A stretch of DNA of 63,970 nt, the filler included, from Licmophora abbreviata (lineage: Eukaryota), in NCBI GenBank assembly GCA_900291995.1. It is 18 parts of 18 records of this genome, joined end to end, with 100 filler letters (N's around TTAATTAATTAA, not from the genome) between each part and the next. Parts side by side here need not be neighbours in the genome. Positions count along the whole stretch, not along the records: positions 1 to 8,048 come from OLMU01006140.1; positions 8,149 to 17,968 come from OLMU01006142.1; 16 more parts are not named here. One strand, written 5' to 3'. Under the pieces are notes generated by a model. The model had not been told where the DNA came from. It searched no databases and saw nothing but the letters and a program-made list of their open reading frames with translations. Every line of letters begins with the position of its first letter. Within the stretch, counting starts at the first letter, position 1. The translations under genes and the position numbers were made by a program. This document shows, one piece after another, positions 1 through 10,448 of this stretch.

Positions 1-1311
1 ATCTCTCGAGATACCTCACAGTCGACAATCCAGTCAGCCTCAGCAACTTCTTCCTTTCACCGACGCCTTGCAAGCACTTCTGCCGTATATGCAGATCCCA
101 AGACGATTCAGAGCAAGAGCTCGTCTACTGCTATCAAGAAGCTTGCATCATCATCATCATCATCATTGTTGGTCGACTTTCAAACCATCCAGATAGCTTC
201 CGTTGCCAAGTACAATTTCGTCGCCAAACAGGTTGAGCAACGGCAATCTACCCTGATTGAGGCCATGAACTTTCGGAATGATGTGACTCGCTTTGACTCT
301 CGTATCTTGTTTGTTGGGGACTCGGTCGGAGAGCATCTGGCGGAGAACTTCGCCAAGGAAGTATTCTTTGGGAATGATCGGCAGCAGCAGAGCGAACGAA
401 TTCGACTCAAACAGGGAAGCGATCTTGTCATTACAACTGGACAACGAAAAACTAGCAGTGCAAGTAGTGGAGCTGTAGGTCTCGTCAAGGTATATTGCAT
501 GCCGCGCAAGAGGCGAAACCAGGCTCGATCTATCAAGATGGGCATCGTCTGCGAATACGACGACGTGGAGGTGCAACAGATTCACGAGCAGCCGCAGACA
601 CGCTTTGATGTGTTGGTCTATCGACTTCCCTGGCCGCATGCGTATACGGAACCATTCATTGAGCGGGACTATGTACCAGATATTGGACTAACCAAGGAGC
701 AGATTGATGAGTCCCTGTCGGTCCTGCACGCCATGTTTGGTGTCACTACTGTTATTTTCCCCACCAATCCGTACAGCAATAATGTTGACCAACACGATGA
801 GTGGTTCCATCGCGACAATTCTGTAATACGGAACTACGTTCAGTCGTACAAGCCGCCCTCCGACGGTAGCGGTATTCGACGAATTGTAATGATGGAGTGG
901 GAAGGATTCACGAACGAACTGATTGTTGAGAATGGCAGACTCATGGGTCTTGATGACACGCAAGCATTTCAAAGAAAGCTCAACCAGCCCTATCATCCCA
1001 TTATTGCCATGAAGTGTTCCGGTCTAAGTCCTGGGACCCCTCCTTTGCATCTGGCGGCTTCCTGCAACAACGTGCGAACACTCAAGGACGCGTTCATTAG
1101 CAAGGACGGAATGCACTGGAACGATTTGTTCGTGGGTCGTCGGTCGAATGCCGCAATACTTTGTCTAATGCAGTGTCTGTATACCTATACAGGCGACGAC
1201 CAATACAAATTGCTGTCGGTCTGCCAAGACGAATGCAACGGTACATACATGAATCTTCGACCGTTGGTGTCGCCGACTGACAACGACGTAGAAGCTATTC
1301 CAGCAAAGTAA
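1..1311 (+). CDS. SGNH/GDSL-like (PC-esterase/TBL-type) putative O-acetyltransferase/esterase, 5' partial
   Basis: Frame is open from base 1. Contains ILFVGDSVG (GDS) and a C-terminal SKDGMHW (DxxH) motif with flanking Cys residues. Confidence 0.55.
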   Translation: MSRDTSQSTIQSASATSSFHRRLASTSAVYADPKTIQSKSSSTAIKKLASSSSSSLLVDFQTIQIASVAKYNFVAKQVEQRQSTLIEAMNFRNDVTRFDSRILFVGDSVGEHLAENFAKEVFFGNDRQQQSERIRLKQGSDLVITTGQRKTSSASSGAVGLVKVYCMPRKRRNQARSIKMGIVCEYDDVEVQQIHEQPQTRFDVLVYRLPWPHAYTEPFIERDYVPDIGLTKEQIDESLSVLHAMFGVTTVIFPTNPYSNNVDQHDEWFHRDNSVIRNYVQSYKPPSDGSGIRRIVMMEWEGFTNELIVENGRLMGLDDTQAFQRKLNQPYHPIIAMKCSGLSPGTPPLHLAASCNNVRTLKDAFISKDGMHWNDLFVGRRSNAAILCLMQCLYTYTGDDQYKLLSVCQDECNGTYMNLRPLVSPTDNDVEAIPAK

Positions 1312-1443
1312 AAATAAATCGACACTATGTTCTATGTATAATAGAAATACAACAGCAGCTCCTGCACCTAGCTACCCAGTAATAGGATCCGAACATGACA
1401 ATCCACGACGACCCTCTGCCATACTCTCTCCAGTCCCGCAGCG

Positions 1444-2925
1444 TTATTGCTTCATGAGCAGCGGCTTTTCCTGCAAAACATTGTACAATGCCGTCAGTCC
1501 ACCTCTCACAGTAGCATGTACCAACACATAGGGCCACACGCCCGGCTCCAGCTGCCCTGGCAAGTAGTGCTTGCGGCCTGCTCGATTCAGAATCAAACAG
1601 TGTTCGGCCTGCTCCTTCGGAGGCGAAGGCCATGTCTTGATGTCACTTATCTCTCGCAATTCCGTATTGTTGTGAAGCATATGTAAAAAGGTCTGAATCG
1701 TTTGCTTCGTCCATATTGGAGACGCGTCACTCATCAGATGCGTGCCAAACGACAGCGACTGCAACGTCCGATTACGGACATGAAGCGCATGGCAGAAGGC
1801 CAAGATCCCTTCACTCCCGACTCCCACAAGTCGTAGGGCCAAGTGTCGCAAGGACGTCCGGGATGAATCCAGCGCTATTGCAATCGACTTGACTCCTTCA
1901 TTGCCCAGGGGATTCTTGGACAAATCCAAGGTTGTCAAACAACTATTCTTTTCCAAGACAGTCTGGAGAACTGGACCGACGTTGGTAATACGATTCGATG
2001 ATAGATCGAGCGCAGTGAGGCGGGGGTTTCGTTGTACGGCAGCGACGATGGCATTCCATCCATGATTGCCAATGTGATTGTTGCAGAGTTTGAGCACTCG
2101 CAGACTGGAACAGCCTTCGACAAACGTGGCAATCCGAATCGCATCGATGCAATCCAGTTTGTTATTGGACAAGTCCAAATGCCGAATCGAACTTCCATTG
2201 GACAGTCCTCCCAGAAGCGCATCCAATAGTTGACATCCCGACAATCCACATCTCGTGAGCGACAATTCTTGCAAGGTCGAATTATTCGCAACGGTCTCTC
2301 GTACCGACGCAAGAGATGCCCGCGAGGTCGGTCTCTGTCCCAAATCATCCAAATTGCGAATCGTCAATCGCTGCAGTCTCAACAATCCACTAAAGGAGCG
2401 CACATCCAAATCATTGTGCGTCGTGCCCGCATCCAAGTCGAGCGTACGGAGCGTCGTCTTGGTCTTGGCAATGGCCTCGCAAATGGGCAACATGGATGAC
2501 TCACTGTAGTAGGGGAACTCCACACTTTGCAATCGCAAGTGCTGTAGAGACGACGAGCGATGGTTCTGATGGGAGATGAGGTCTACCACGGCCTTCACTT
2601 CCATGGTGGTGATTTCAAAGTTGCGAATATCCAAGGTGTGGACTGCCCTGTTGTGTCTCAATCCCGACAGCACTTGGTACAATTCAGACCCCCAGAGTCT
2701 CCCATACACCGTAAGCCTATCAATGGTCGTATTGTGATACAGCATATCTTGTAGAAATTGCCTTCGTGCGCTATCTCCAAAGCGCAGCGTGAGCTTCCGG
2801 ACCGTGGTATTGCTGCTGAGCTGACGGCAGAGACGTTCCTCGTTTTCGTGTTTCAAGGTGAGATCGGCCTCGTCGACGGCACTGATTGCCTCCACGTGCT
2901 TGCGTTTCCGCTTTTCGCAAGTCAT
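1444..2925 (-). CDS. RNI-like leucine-rich repeat protein (NLRC3-like LRRs)
   Basis: Repeats of about 28 aa such as LRHLDLSNNKL, LKLCNNHIGNHG, LDLSSNRITNVG and LDLSKNPLGNEG. C-terminal LNRAGR...WPYVL tail is typical of diatom LRR proteins. Likely start MTCEKRKRK at 2925. Confidence 0.85.
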   Translation of the reverse strand: MTCEKRKRKHVEAISAVDEADLTLKHENEERLCRQLSSNTTVRKLTLRFGDSARRQFLQDMLYHNTTIDRLTVYGRLWGSELYQVLSGLRHNRAVHTLDIRNFEITTMEVKAVVDLISHQNHRSSSLQHLRLQSVEFPYYSESSMLPICEAIAKTKTTLRTLDLDAGTTHNDLDVRSFSGLLRLQRLTIRNLDDLGQRPTSRASLASVRETVANNSTLQELSLTRCGLSGCQLLDALLGGLSNGSSIRHLDLSNNKLDCIDAIRIATFVEGCSSLRVLKLCNNHIGNHGWNAIVAAVQRNPRLTALDLSSNRITNVGPVLQTVLEKNSCLTTLDLSKNPLGNEGVKSIAIALDSSRTSLRHLALRLVGVGSEGILAFCHALHVRNRTLQSLSFGTHLMSDASPIWTKQTIQTFLHMLHNNTELREISDIKTWPSPPKEQAEHCLILNRAGRKHYLPGQLEPGVWPYVLVHATVRGGLTALYNVLQEKPLLMKQ

Positions 2926-3957
2926 ACTAACTGAATTGACTCGTTTATACTGGACGGATGAATAAAGGAAGCCTCGTGGTAGCAGTAGTATTCTAGAAAG
3001 GAACGAGACAGACGAGAGAGAGTGAGAGGAGTAGGCGCGAAAGGTCCTTTGAACGTTGGAATCTGGAATTCGCCGGAAAATCGGCGATCTCTGGTACACT
3101 CGTTCTTTAGGAACTTGTGTGTGAGTTGTGTGAGTGTTTGGATCTGCAACAGGGTAGTTTGGCGGGTACACCACTGGAGAGGAGCGTGGCTTGAATGGGG
3201 GGATGTGAATAAGAAAACGAAATTTGGCGACTCGTGCTGGCATCGAGGATGAGGAATAGTTACCCTCGATGACTTCACGCTGAATGTACATATATACCAA
3301 GTCAAAGAATACTTCAAGACCCCTTTTCTGCAGTCTCCTTCTTGCTCGACTGACTCTCTCTCGCTCTACCTGGCAAACAGGACTTACCTGGAGAATAGCG
3401 CAAATCGTGGGTGGGTGGTGACTTGATGGTTGCGAGACACCCGAAAAGAAGTGAGATATCAACGATTCAGGATCATCACCCCCAAGCGTGTGGCGTCTCT
3501 CAGTGCGCGATACCGGTACTTCCAAACGAACAAACGCACGTTTCATGACACAAACGGGTCAAACACTCCTAACATCTCTAGGCGTCAGGCTACAATATTG
3601 ATAAAATCATCTTACACAAATAATTTGTAAACGTTAGGTTGTGCGTGCAATCTTGTTTAGAGGCTTGGCGGTAACAGAGTTCGATTCATACGAATACAAT
3701 TACTTATTGTTGATGACGTCTCATGTATTCCGCGGGAAAGCTCATCTCCTCCATTTTGGCGGGAAGCGACGGTCGGTCGACAGGCAGGAGAGTTCAAAGA
3801 AGTACTTTAGAAGGTTAATGAGGCGCACGCACTCCCCTCATCATTGGTTTCATAGACACGATCTATCTTTCCGCGGTTCAGTATTGTCTTGTCTGACAAA
3901 CACAACTAACTTTATACTCGCAATGAACTTCCATAACATCCTACCGTAGCATCGATA

Positions 3958-5301
3958 TTACTCGCCGTCCTTCCTCAGATAGGTCTCCAACTCGTCCACA
4001 TCGTCAGGACTGCCCATGAAACACGGTGACTTTTGATGCACTCGTTCTGGTTGAACTTGCAACAAGTCTCCCGTTTCGCCATCAATCGCTCGACCCCCCG
4101 CTTGATGCACAATAAACGCCATGGGCGCCGACTTGTACAACAATTGCAAATTCCCATCGGGATGTTGAATACTGTCTCGAGGATAACCAAAGACTCCGCC
4201 ATACAACAACGTTCGATGAATGTCTCCCACCATACTTCCCACATAGCGATGCGCGTATCGCTGTTTCGACTGATTCTCTCCCGTCTTGATTGCTCGCAAA
4301 TACGACTTGTAGCTCTCGTCCCAACCCTCACTGTTTGCCTCATTGCACGAATACACATTGCCTCGTTTCGGGATGGTAAGATGCTTGTGTGTCAATATGA
4401 ATTCCTTCAAGGACGGATCTAGCGTAAAGCCATTCACGACGCCGTTTCCAAGTGTAAAGATAAGAACAGTAGCCGACGAATACAGACAGTACCCTGCCGC
4501 CCGCATATTACAGGCTGGTTGCAAGACAGCATCAATCAGTGCCTCGTCGCTAGTAGTGTCGACCGCTTCCTTCGTACCATCATCACTGTCCTTATTTTGC
4601 GGCTGTGCAAAGACTCCAAAGACCGTGCCGGTGCAAATGGCCGCGTCGGCGTTGCCACTTCCATCGAGTGGATCGAGGCATGCCACATAGGGAGAGTCGA
4701 TCGCCTTGGCAATCAATACTCCCGGCTGGTGCAGAGCAGGTGTTTCGGCGTCAATGATACTCTGGGGCGCTGTGACGTGCACCTTGCCAGTAAACTCGAG
4801 CGCGTTCCTCAAGACTTCCGTACTCAGCGTATCCAATCGTTTCATACTGTAAAAGCGACCATCTCGAATACTCTCTTGCGTCGTCGTGTCGAATCGGTCC
4901 GTTCCATAGACCAATCCTGCGCGATTGACTAAATTACTTATCGTTTTGCATGCCATTTGGATGCTGAGGAGGAGGGATTCGAGATCGCGCAGTTCGGGCT
5001 GTTCCTTGACGACCTGTTGTAGGAATCTCGTCAACGTAATGCGCTGCTGGCCGCTTGTACTGACGTTTGGAGAGAGCGAGGAAAAGTACTGGGGGTCGGC
5101 TCCGAAAATAGAAGATGAATCAGAAGTAGCGGACGCAGAAGAAGGAGACTTCGTGGCCGTCAAGGAAGAAGAGAAAGAACATCGCGGATGAAACCGGCGT
5201 GTTGGTTGCCTCGTCGATGATGATGGTGCCAAGAAAGCAGATTCAGCAGCAACGCCAAGACAGCATAGAACTACTAGTATCAAATGAAATGCTTGGTTCA
5301 T
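3958..5301 (-). CDS. FBP: Plastid-targeted class I fructose-1,6-bisphosphatase-like protein (divergent)
   Basis: DPLDGS, AAGYCLYSS, GFTLDP and RYVGSMVGDIHRTLLYGG motifs. Signal peptide followed by AESA-FLAP (ASAFAP-type) presequence. Confidence 0.9.
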   Translation of the reverse strand: MNQAFHLILVVLCCLGVAAESAFLAPSSSTRQPTRRFHPRCSFSSSLTATKSPSSASATSDSSSIFGADPQYFSSLSPNVSTSGQQRITLTRFLQQVVKEQPELRDLESLLLSIQMACKTISNLVNRAGLVYGTDRFDTTTQESIRDGRFYSMKRLDTLSTEVLRNALEFTGKVHVTAPQSIIDAETPALHQPGVLIAKAIDSPYVACLDPLDGSGNADAAICTGTVFGVFAQPQNKDSDDGTKEAVDTTSDEALIDAVLQPACNMRAAGYCLYSSATVLIFTLGNGVVNGFTLDPSLKEFILTHKHLTIPKRGNVYSCNEANSEGWDESYKSYLRAIKTGENQSKQRYAHRYVGSMVGDIHRTLLYGGVFGYPRDSIQHPDGNLQLLYKSAPMAFIVHQAGGRAIDGETGDLLQVQPERVHQKSPCFMGSPDDVDELETYLRKDGE

Positions 5302-5382
5302 CGTCGTCGTGTCTTGGTCATCGAACGCGACGCTGGGAGCACACAACAATCATCGTCCAACGGAACTGAACTGAACTGAACT

Positions 5383-5407
5383 GAACTTTGAAAGATCCTT
5401 CTGTGTG
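5383..5407. repeat. (GAACT)5 pentanucleotide repeat upstream of FBPase-like gene
   Basis: gaactgaactgaactgaactgaact directly visible. Confidence 0.85.
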
Positions 5408-5811
5408 GTCCAGAGTATCTCTGATGTGATTGATGGATGGAAATATATGAAGACCTCGTGAACAAAGCTCGTGCACTGATAGAGACGCGCGATTGAGATT
5501 TGATTCGATTCATTCTTCATCAACTCTCTCGGTGAACATATACTACTAGTATCATAGTCTAGATGAAGCAGTCCTTGTCAGTCGACGTAACTCGCAGTGT
5601 TTGCGAATTCTTTTTGTAGTGTACGAGTAGCAAAGTCATTGTTCACTGCGCCTTTTCGAGACTCTTTTTTACTAACGTACGCCCAAAGACTTGAATGTCG
5701 AGCCGATAGTACACCTGGTAGGAGCGGATGGCCTGTGCATTGTCTGCTTTATGACGCCAACGCGTCAGTCAATAGGAGCAACGCCTCCTATACATCGAAT
5801 ATTTCTTTCTC

Positions 5812-6882
5812 TCAGTCATGCTTGTACGACGTGTCATAGTTTTCTTCGCTATCCAGTATCTGATGATGTTCTTTTTGCGGACAGACGAATTCCAATCTAC
5901 CGTCACTGCTTGCAGTTTGCGTCACTTGAATGACGGGAATGTCACTTCCCATTAGTTTGGCCTGTCGCTCCGCAAACCACCTAGAGCCACCACCGCCACC
6001 ATCCACTCCATTTGAGTAATACACGACGGCTTCCACGATATCCGGCATGCCATGAGGAGGCAGTGGTATCACAATTTCGTTCCAATGATAGGCCTTGGGA
6101 TAGCGTAGTAGAAAATCGCGTTGTTGCCCCAATGCATCCCGCCAGTCTTTGTTATCTACCGTGCCCCAAGATTCCGCTCCAACGTAAATGAAAAAGGCAT
6201 CTTTTCCCTTTCCAGCACTAGGGAGCGTCGATGGACGACACACGGCGTGTCCCATGAGGGCTTGATTTTGCTTTTGGAAGGTTCCCAGAAATGATTCAGG
6301 ATAGACTCGCAAGTCCCCCTTCGTTCCTCTATAGACCGCTCCACCATGATTATACAGGAGCGTATCGAAAAAGAAATCACATGGAATGTCCTTCCATTCC
6401 GTAACGTGGCCAAAGTTGAGTTCCTTGTAAGCTTGCAGTTTCGCTTGCGCGGCATTGCGCTCTGCCGGCGCAAGATTCTTTGCTCCCTCAGAGCCAAGGT
6501 CGGGATCCATCTTCATGGGTCCACAACCACTCTCGTCTCGTCCATCCGTACCCCCATCCGTGGGGTACATGCACAACAAGGCTTGGTCCTTTCCAAAGGC
6601 TTGTACGAGTTTGGTAGGACTCAATACCATGCCCACTTTGCTGCCAGGCATCACACCACTGCTACTACTTTCATGTATCCAAGAGGATGCAACGTGCTGG
6701 ACTTGCGGTGTGATGGCACACGCCTGACCGGGCATGCACATGGTGAGTAGGAGTCCGTGATTGTCCAACAGGACGTCCATGAATGTGGTGTTGTTGTTTT
6801 CTATGTGTAGTGGATCAGGCGAGTAGTAACGACTCATCAAGGTCGCAGCGACGGAAACGCACTTGTCCATCGTGGAAACCAT
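5812..6882 (-). CDS. Hypothetical protein
   Basis: 356-aa ORF with globular-looking composition (CMYPTDGGT..R..GCG; WNEIVI). No family recognised. Confidence 0.6.
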   Translation of the reverse strand: MVSTMDKCVSVAATLMSRYYSPDPLHIENNNTTFMDVLLDNHGLLLTMCMPGQACAITPQVQHVASSWIHESSSSGVMPGSKVGMVLSPTKLVQAFGKDQALLCMYPTDGGTDGRDESGCGPMKMDPDLGSEGAKNLAPAERNAAQAKLQAYKELNFGHVTEWKDIPCDFFFDTLLYNHGGAVYRGTKGDLRVYPESFLGTFQKQNQALMGHAVCRPSTLPSAGKGKDAFFIYVGAESWGTVDNKDWRDALGQQRDFLLRYPKAYHWNEIVIPLPPHGMPDIVEAVVYYSNGVDGGGGGSRWFAERQAKLMGSDIPVIQVTQTASSDGRLEFVCPQKEHHQILDSEENYDTSYKHD

Positions 6883-7550
6883 GATGAGGGGATTTCTGCT
6901 TGTCTATTCAACGGTCATTTAGAATGAGGCGATCGTCAGGGGTACGTCGCAGCGATCATCGTCATGGTCGAATTTCGAATTTGGAACTGAGTTTTTTCAG
7001 TTTTGTTAGAGACTGGACGTTTGACCCGCGCGATTGTCCTCATGACCTGCGCGCGTTGCGATTGTACTGGAATCCAACGTATTGTTGAACGTACCTAGGT
7101 ACAGACAAGCTCCTACACTTTCTACACAGGCCAATTCCACTGCGAAGGAGCCGAAAAAAAGGCACACTCGATCGGAGCGACGATCTCTTGGGAGTGAAGT
7201 GAGTCGAGTCTTCGTTTTCGTGCGGAGTCTTCCCTGTGCAATCGCTTCGAGGTCCACCCGATTCCACCAATGTGTCGCTGTTTTGAGACGAGAGAGCCTA
7301 TGATTTCGCCCATGGCGGGGCGAGAAATTGACATGCCCCCCGAGATGCTTCTGGCGAGTGTTCGGATTGGTGTGTGTTTTGCATGAAGATTCCAGATTCC
7401 GTTATGGATGTTAAGAAGACTGTAACAGTCGTTCGTTGCGATGCATCGTTCGACTATATATTACTTTCTCTCGGTCGACGTTGTCTCACCAGCTTCCTCT
7501 CATTATTTGCGTTGCTTGCACAGAAACGCCTTGATTACTCTAGTACCATC

Positions 7551-7874
7551 ATGGGCGAGTTGAAAACTACCATTAACAAACACTTTCGCGACAATCCTCT
7601 TCCGGACTACAACAAGGAAGAGCAGGCCCAGTTCAACGTGGTCCAGCAGACTCGCACGACGCCTCGCGACGCTCGTTTTCCTTCCTCCAACCAGGCTGGT
7701 CACTGCTGGAATCGTTACAATGAATGGTTGTTGTGTGTCAAGGAAGCGGGCGACAATGAAGCTTGCAAGGTCTACCGACAGCGTGCATTGAGTGTCTGTC
7801 CATCCATTTGGACGGAGCGGTGGGATGAAGAGCGAGGCGAAGGAACCTTTGCGGGTGTCAAGACTCCCGAGTAG
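7551..7874 (+). CDS. COX6B: Cytochrome c oxidase subunit 6b
   Basis: DARFPSSNQAGHCWNRYNEW..C...C..Y.....VCP..W.ERWDE.R.EG.F signature (twin Cx9C/Cx10C). ATG at 7551. Confidence 0.92.
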   Translation: MGELKTTINKHFRDNPLPDYNKEEQAQFNVVQQTRTTPRDARFPSSNQAGHCWNRYNEWLLCVKEAGDNEACKVYRQRALSVCPSIWTERWDEERGEGTFAGVKTPE

Positions 7875-8048
7875 AAAGAGGGGCACTGGAGGAGTTTGAG
7901 GATGGAGTATCCAGCACTCACAGCCTGAGTGCGGCCAATCTGGAGTAGTATCATAGTAAGATGATAGGTACCTGAAAATTAGTTTCGAGCTCATACAAAG
8001 CAGTGTACCGGTAGTCATGGTATGTGTGGTGATGCATCGTCGCCGCTG

Positions 8049-8148
8049 NNNNNNNNNNNNNNNNNNNNNNNNNNNNNNNNNNNNNNNNNNNNTTAATTAA
8101 TTAANNNNNNNNNNNNNNNNNNNNNNNNNNNNNNNNNNNNNNNNNNNN
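8049..8148. other. Artificial 100-nt gap linker N44-TTAATTAATTAA-N44 (first of 17; others start at 17969, 19741, 24448, 27415, 29258, 31625, 35063, 43169, 45078, 46815, 48472, 50166, 52393, 54892, 59949, 62743)
   Basis: Same N-run with a palindromic six-frame stop sequence at every occurrence. Confidence 0.99.
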
Positions 8149-8837
8149 GGCTTTTGGGCAACAAAGCGAGATTCGTATTTCTTGATGAGATCCTTTTCCT
8201 TTCCAGACAGTCCGGGGATACTGTACAACTCGCCGACGTTGTTGTAGGGACCATTGGAGGCAATCTTGCCCGCGACGGTGGGGTAAAGTCCCGGCATTTT
8301 CAAATAGACCCGAACATTGGCATTGTTGACATCGACGACCGATCCTCCGCCCAAGAGAGCGATATTGTCGTAATCACGAATGGCAAAGGCGGGAGCGGCA
8401 AGTCCGGCCGTGGCAACGGCGCCCGCAGCAGCGGAGAAGAAGTTGCGGCGGGACGAGGCGGCTTCGAGGCTGGTGGCAGCGCGCGTGTTGGCGACGTTGG
8501 GAGCCACAAAGGCAGCCACAGTTCTGTATCGAATAATGGAAAGGAAGCAGGGGGGTAAGTCAGAATAGAAGTTTCATTTCGGAACGAGATTTTCATCACT
8601 AGTCCCTGGTCGGCCGTGTACGTTCTTCGCCAGGCCAGAAACACAGAACTTGTACGAAGAGCTGTAGGAATGGCTACGGAGAAATCCAAAAGTGGGGATC
8701 CTTCCAAGACATTCCGTCTTTTTCGACTTTTTCGAGCCCTTCTTTCAACGCCCCGTCCCTCTCGCACTCCCAAATCATTTCAAGAGCCACTGGATCAAGA
8801 CTTACGAGACAAGAACGGCAAGAATGGCGAGCTTCAT
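8149..8837 (-). CDS. psbU: Photosystem II extrinsic 12 kDa protein PsbU, 3' end in gap; intron 8524-8805
   Basis: Spliced N-terminus MKLAILAVLVSTVAA-FVAP (ASAFAP), twin-Arg lumen transfer SSRRNFF...AFA, and mature VDVNNANVRVYLKMPGLYPTVAGKI..NGPY. Confidence 0.93.
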
Positions 8838-9480
8838 GGTCAAGAATCGTATCAGCGGCAGAGAAACAAGATGTGCCCACTCGTACCGAATTACGCACTT
8901 CGACTGACACTTCTACGTACAACTCTACCAGCGTTCTACGAGAGCGTATCTTCTGCGTTCAACTTGACCGCGCGAAACGAGCGCGACTGAACGGTTCAAT
9001 AGTCGACTCATTCGACTACATTTCAACTTCAACCTCCAGCGACCATCTGCGCGCCGTGCTGACGTTGTGTCGAACACAGACAGTTGAAGTTCGGGAGGAT
9101 AGCTTCGCTAAGTATACGAGGTCATACGTAAGCTTCTACAGTGACGTTTTGGAAGTTCTCAAACCGTCGAGGGAAACGGGAGAATCCATCTGTCCAGCGC
9201 ACACGAAGCTTCTCTTTTTCCCTCTTTGCTCGAGCAAGTCGATGTGACGAGAATAAGGATGAGCAAAATGTTACGAAACGAAGCATAAGACTAGCTCGAT
9301 CTGAATCACAGAGTCCCCATGAGCGTTGCGGATCGACGTCCCTAGCCAATCGAAAAGTAAGCTTTCCTAGCTTGCTCTTGTAGACTAATTCAAAGTATGT
9401 AATAGTAGTACGGTTCTCTCTATCAGCTTTTAGCCAGACATGTATTCTATGGCCCTACTCATTCATAAACGTACACACCA

Positions 9481-9504
9481 TGTGTGTGTGTGTGTGTGTG
9501 TGTG
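9481..9504. repeat. (TG)n microsatellite
   Basis: tgtgtg... run directly visible. Confidence 0.9.
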
Positions 9505-9511
9505 ATATCCA

Positions 9512-10072
9512 TCATGCTCTCAGCAATCGATTCATACTTCGCTGCGTGGCAATCATTCTGGGATGCGACGAGTTCATTTGCGTCTGTCTCAGCAAATTCA
9601 GAGCCCGCTCATAGTACTTCATGGCTGTATCTCGTTCCAGTAACATTTCATGGCAGTACCCCAAGTCATGACAGGTAATGGCAGACTCAATGGGCCGCTG
9701 CAGTTGTGTGTAGATCGAGAGTGCGTGTTCGTGGCAGACGCGGGCTTGGACGCAGTCTTGTTGCATGTGGAGTCGAATGAGGCCGAGGGAATTCCAAGCC
9801 TCTGCGACAGACTCGTGTACTTCGCCGTGTCGCTGTGTTGCGAGAGATAGATTCTGAAGGGCACTGGAAAGTAAGATGACACCGTTGCCGTCTTCTGTTG
9901 TTTCGTCCTGTGAGGACGTTGAAGTTCTCGTAGTGGTCGTTGTGGCGGTACTGGCACTGGTTTTGGAATGCTCGCTGCTGCCGCAAGACGAGTCTGACGA
10001 CGAGTCCTCCATCATGACCAGATCAGAATGCAAGATCATTGTAGAAGACGAGGAACTGCGACTCTCACACAT
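9512..10072 (-). CDS. TPR-repeat protein (kinesin-light-chain-like TPRs)
   Basis: HESVAEAWNSLGLI...A..CHEHAL and SAITCHDLGYC...AMKYYERAL. Ser/Thr-rich N-terminus. Confidence 0.75.
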   Translation of the reverse strand: MCESRSSSSSTMILHSDLVMMEDSSSDSSCGSSEHSKTSASTATTTTTRTSTSSQDETTEDGNGVILLSSALQNLSLATQRHGEVHESVAEAWNSLGLIRLHMQQDCVQARVCHEHALSIYTQLQRPIESAITCHDLGYCHEMLLERDTAMKYYERALNLLRQTQMNSSHPRMIATQRSMNRLLRA

Positions 10073-10448
10073 GCTACTATAGTAGAGTCTCCTGTTCGCT
10101 TTTCGTGGGGCAGCGTGACTTGATTTGTGAAATCATACAAAAGGGGAATGAGTGGCTTTTGGCACCAGCGTTCAATGTTCAATGTCGTGGCAGATTGAAG
10201 TTGTGTCCGTGTTGAAGTTGGTTTTACTTATGGCGAGTGTGACGAGATTCGAGATTTGAGATTTGATTCTTCACCTGGAACGTGGAACGATGACGCCTAC
10301 CACGACTGAATGAATTACCCGTGACTGACTGAACTCGAGATACCGTTGGAAAACAGAACAACCGAAACGAACGAAAACAAAAAATCAGACAGCTTTGTTG
10401 TGCTTGATTACAAGTTCTCCCCCTTTCTAGCAAGCATTCATCTTCCTA

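Noticed and set aside
2926..3546. 200-aa N-terminal extension of the LRR ORF
   Set aside because: It reads like translated promoter/UTR with no domain features. The ATG at 2925 is a more plausible start.
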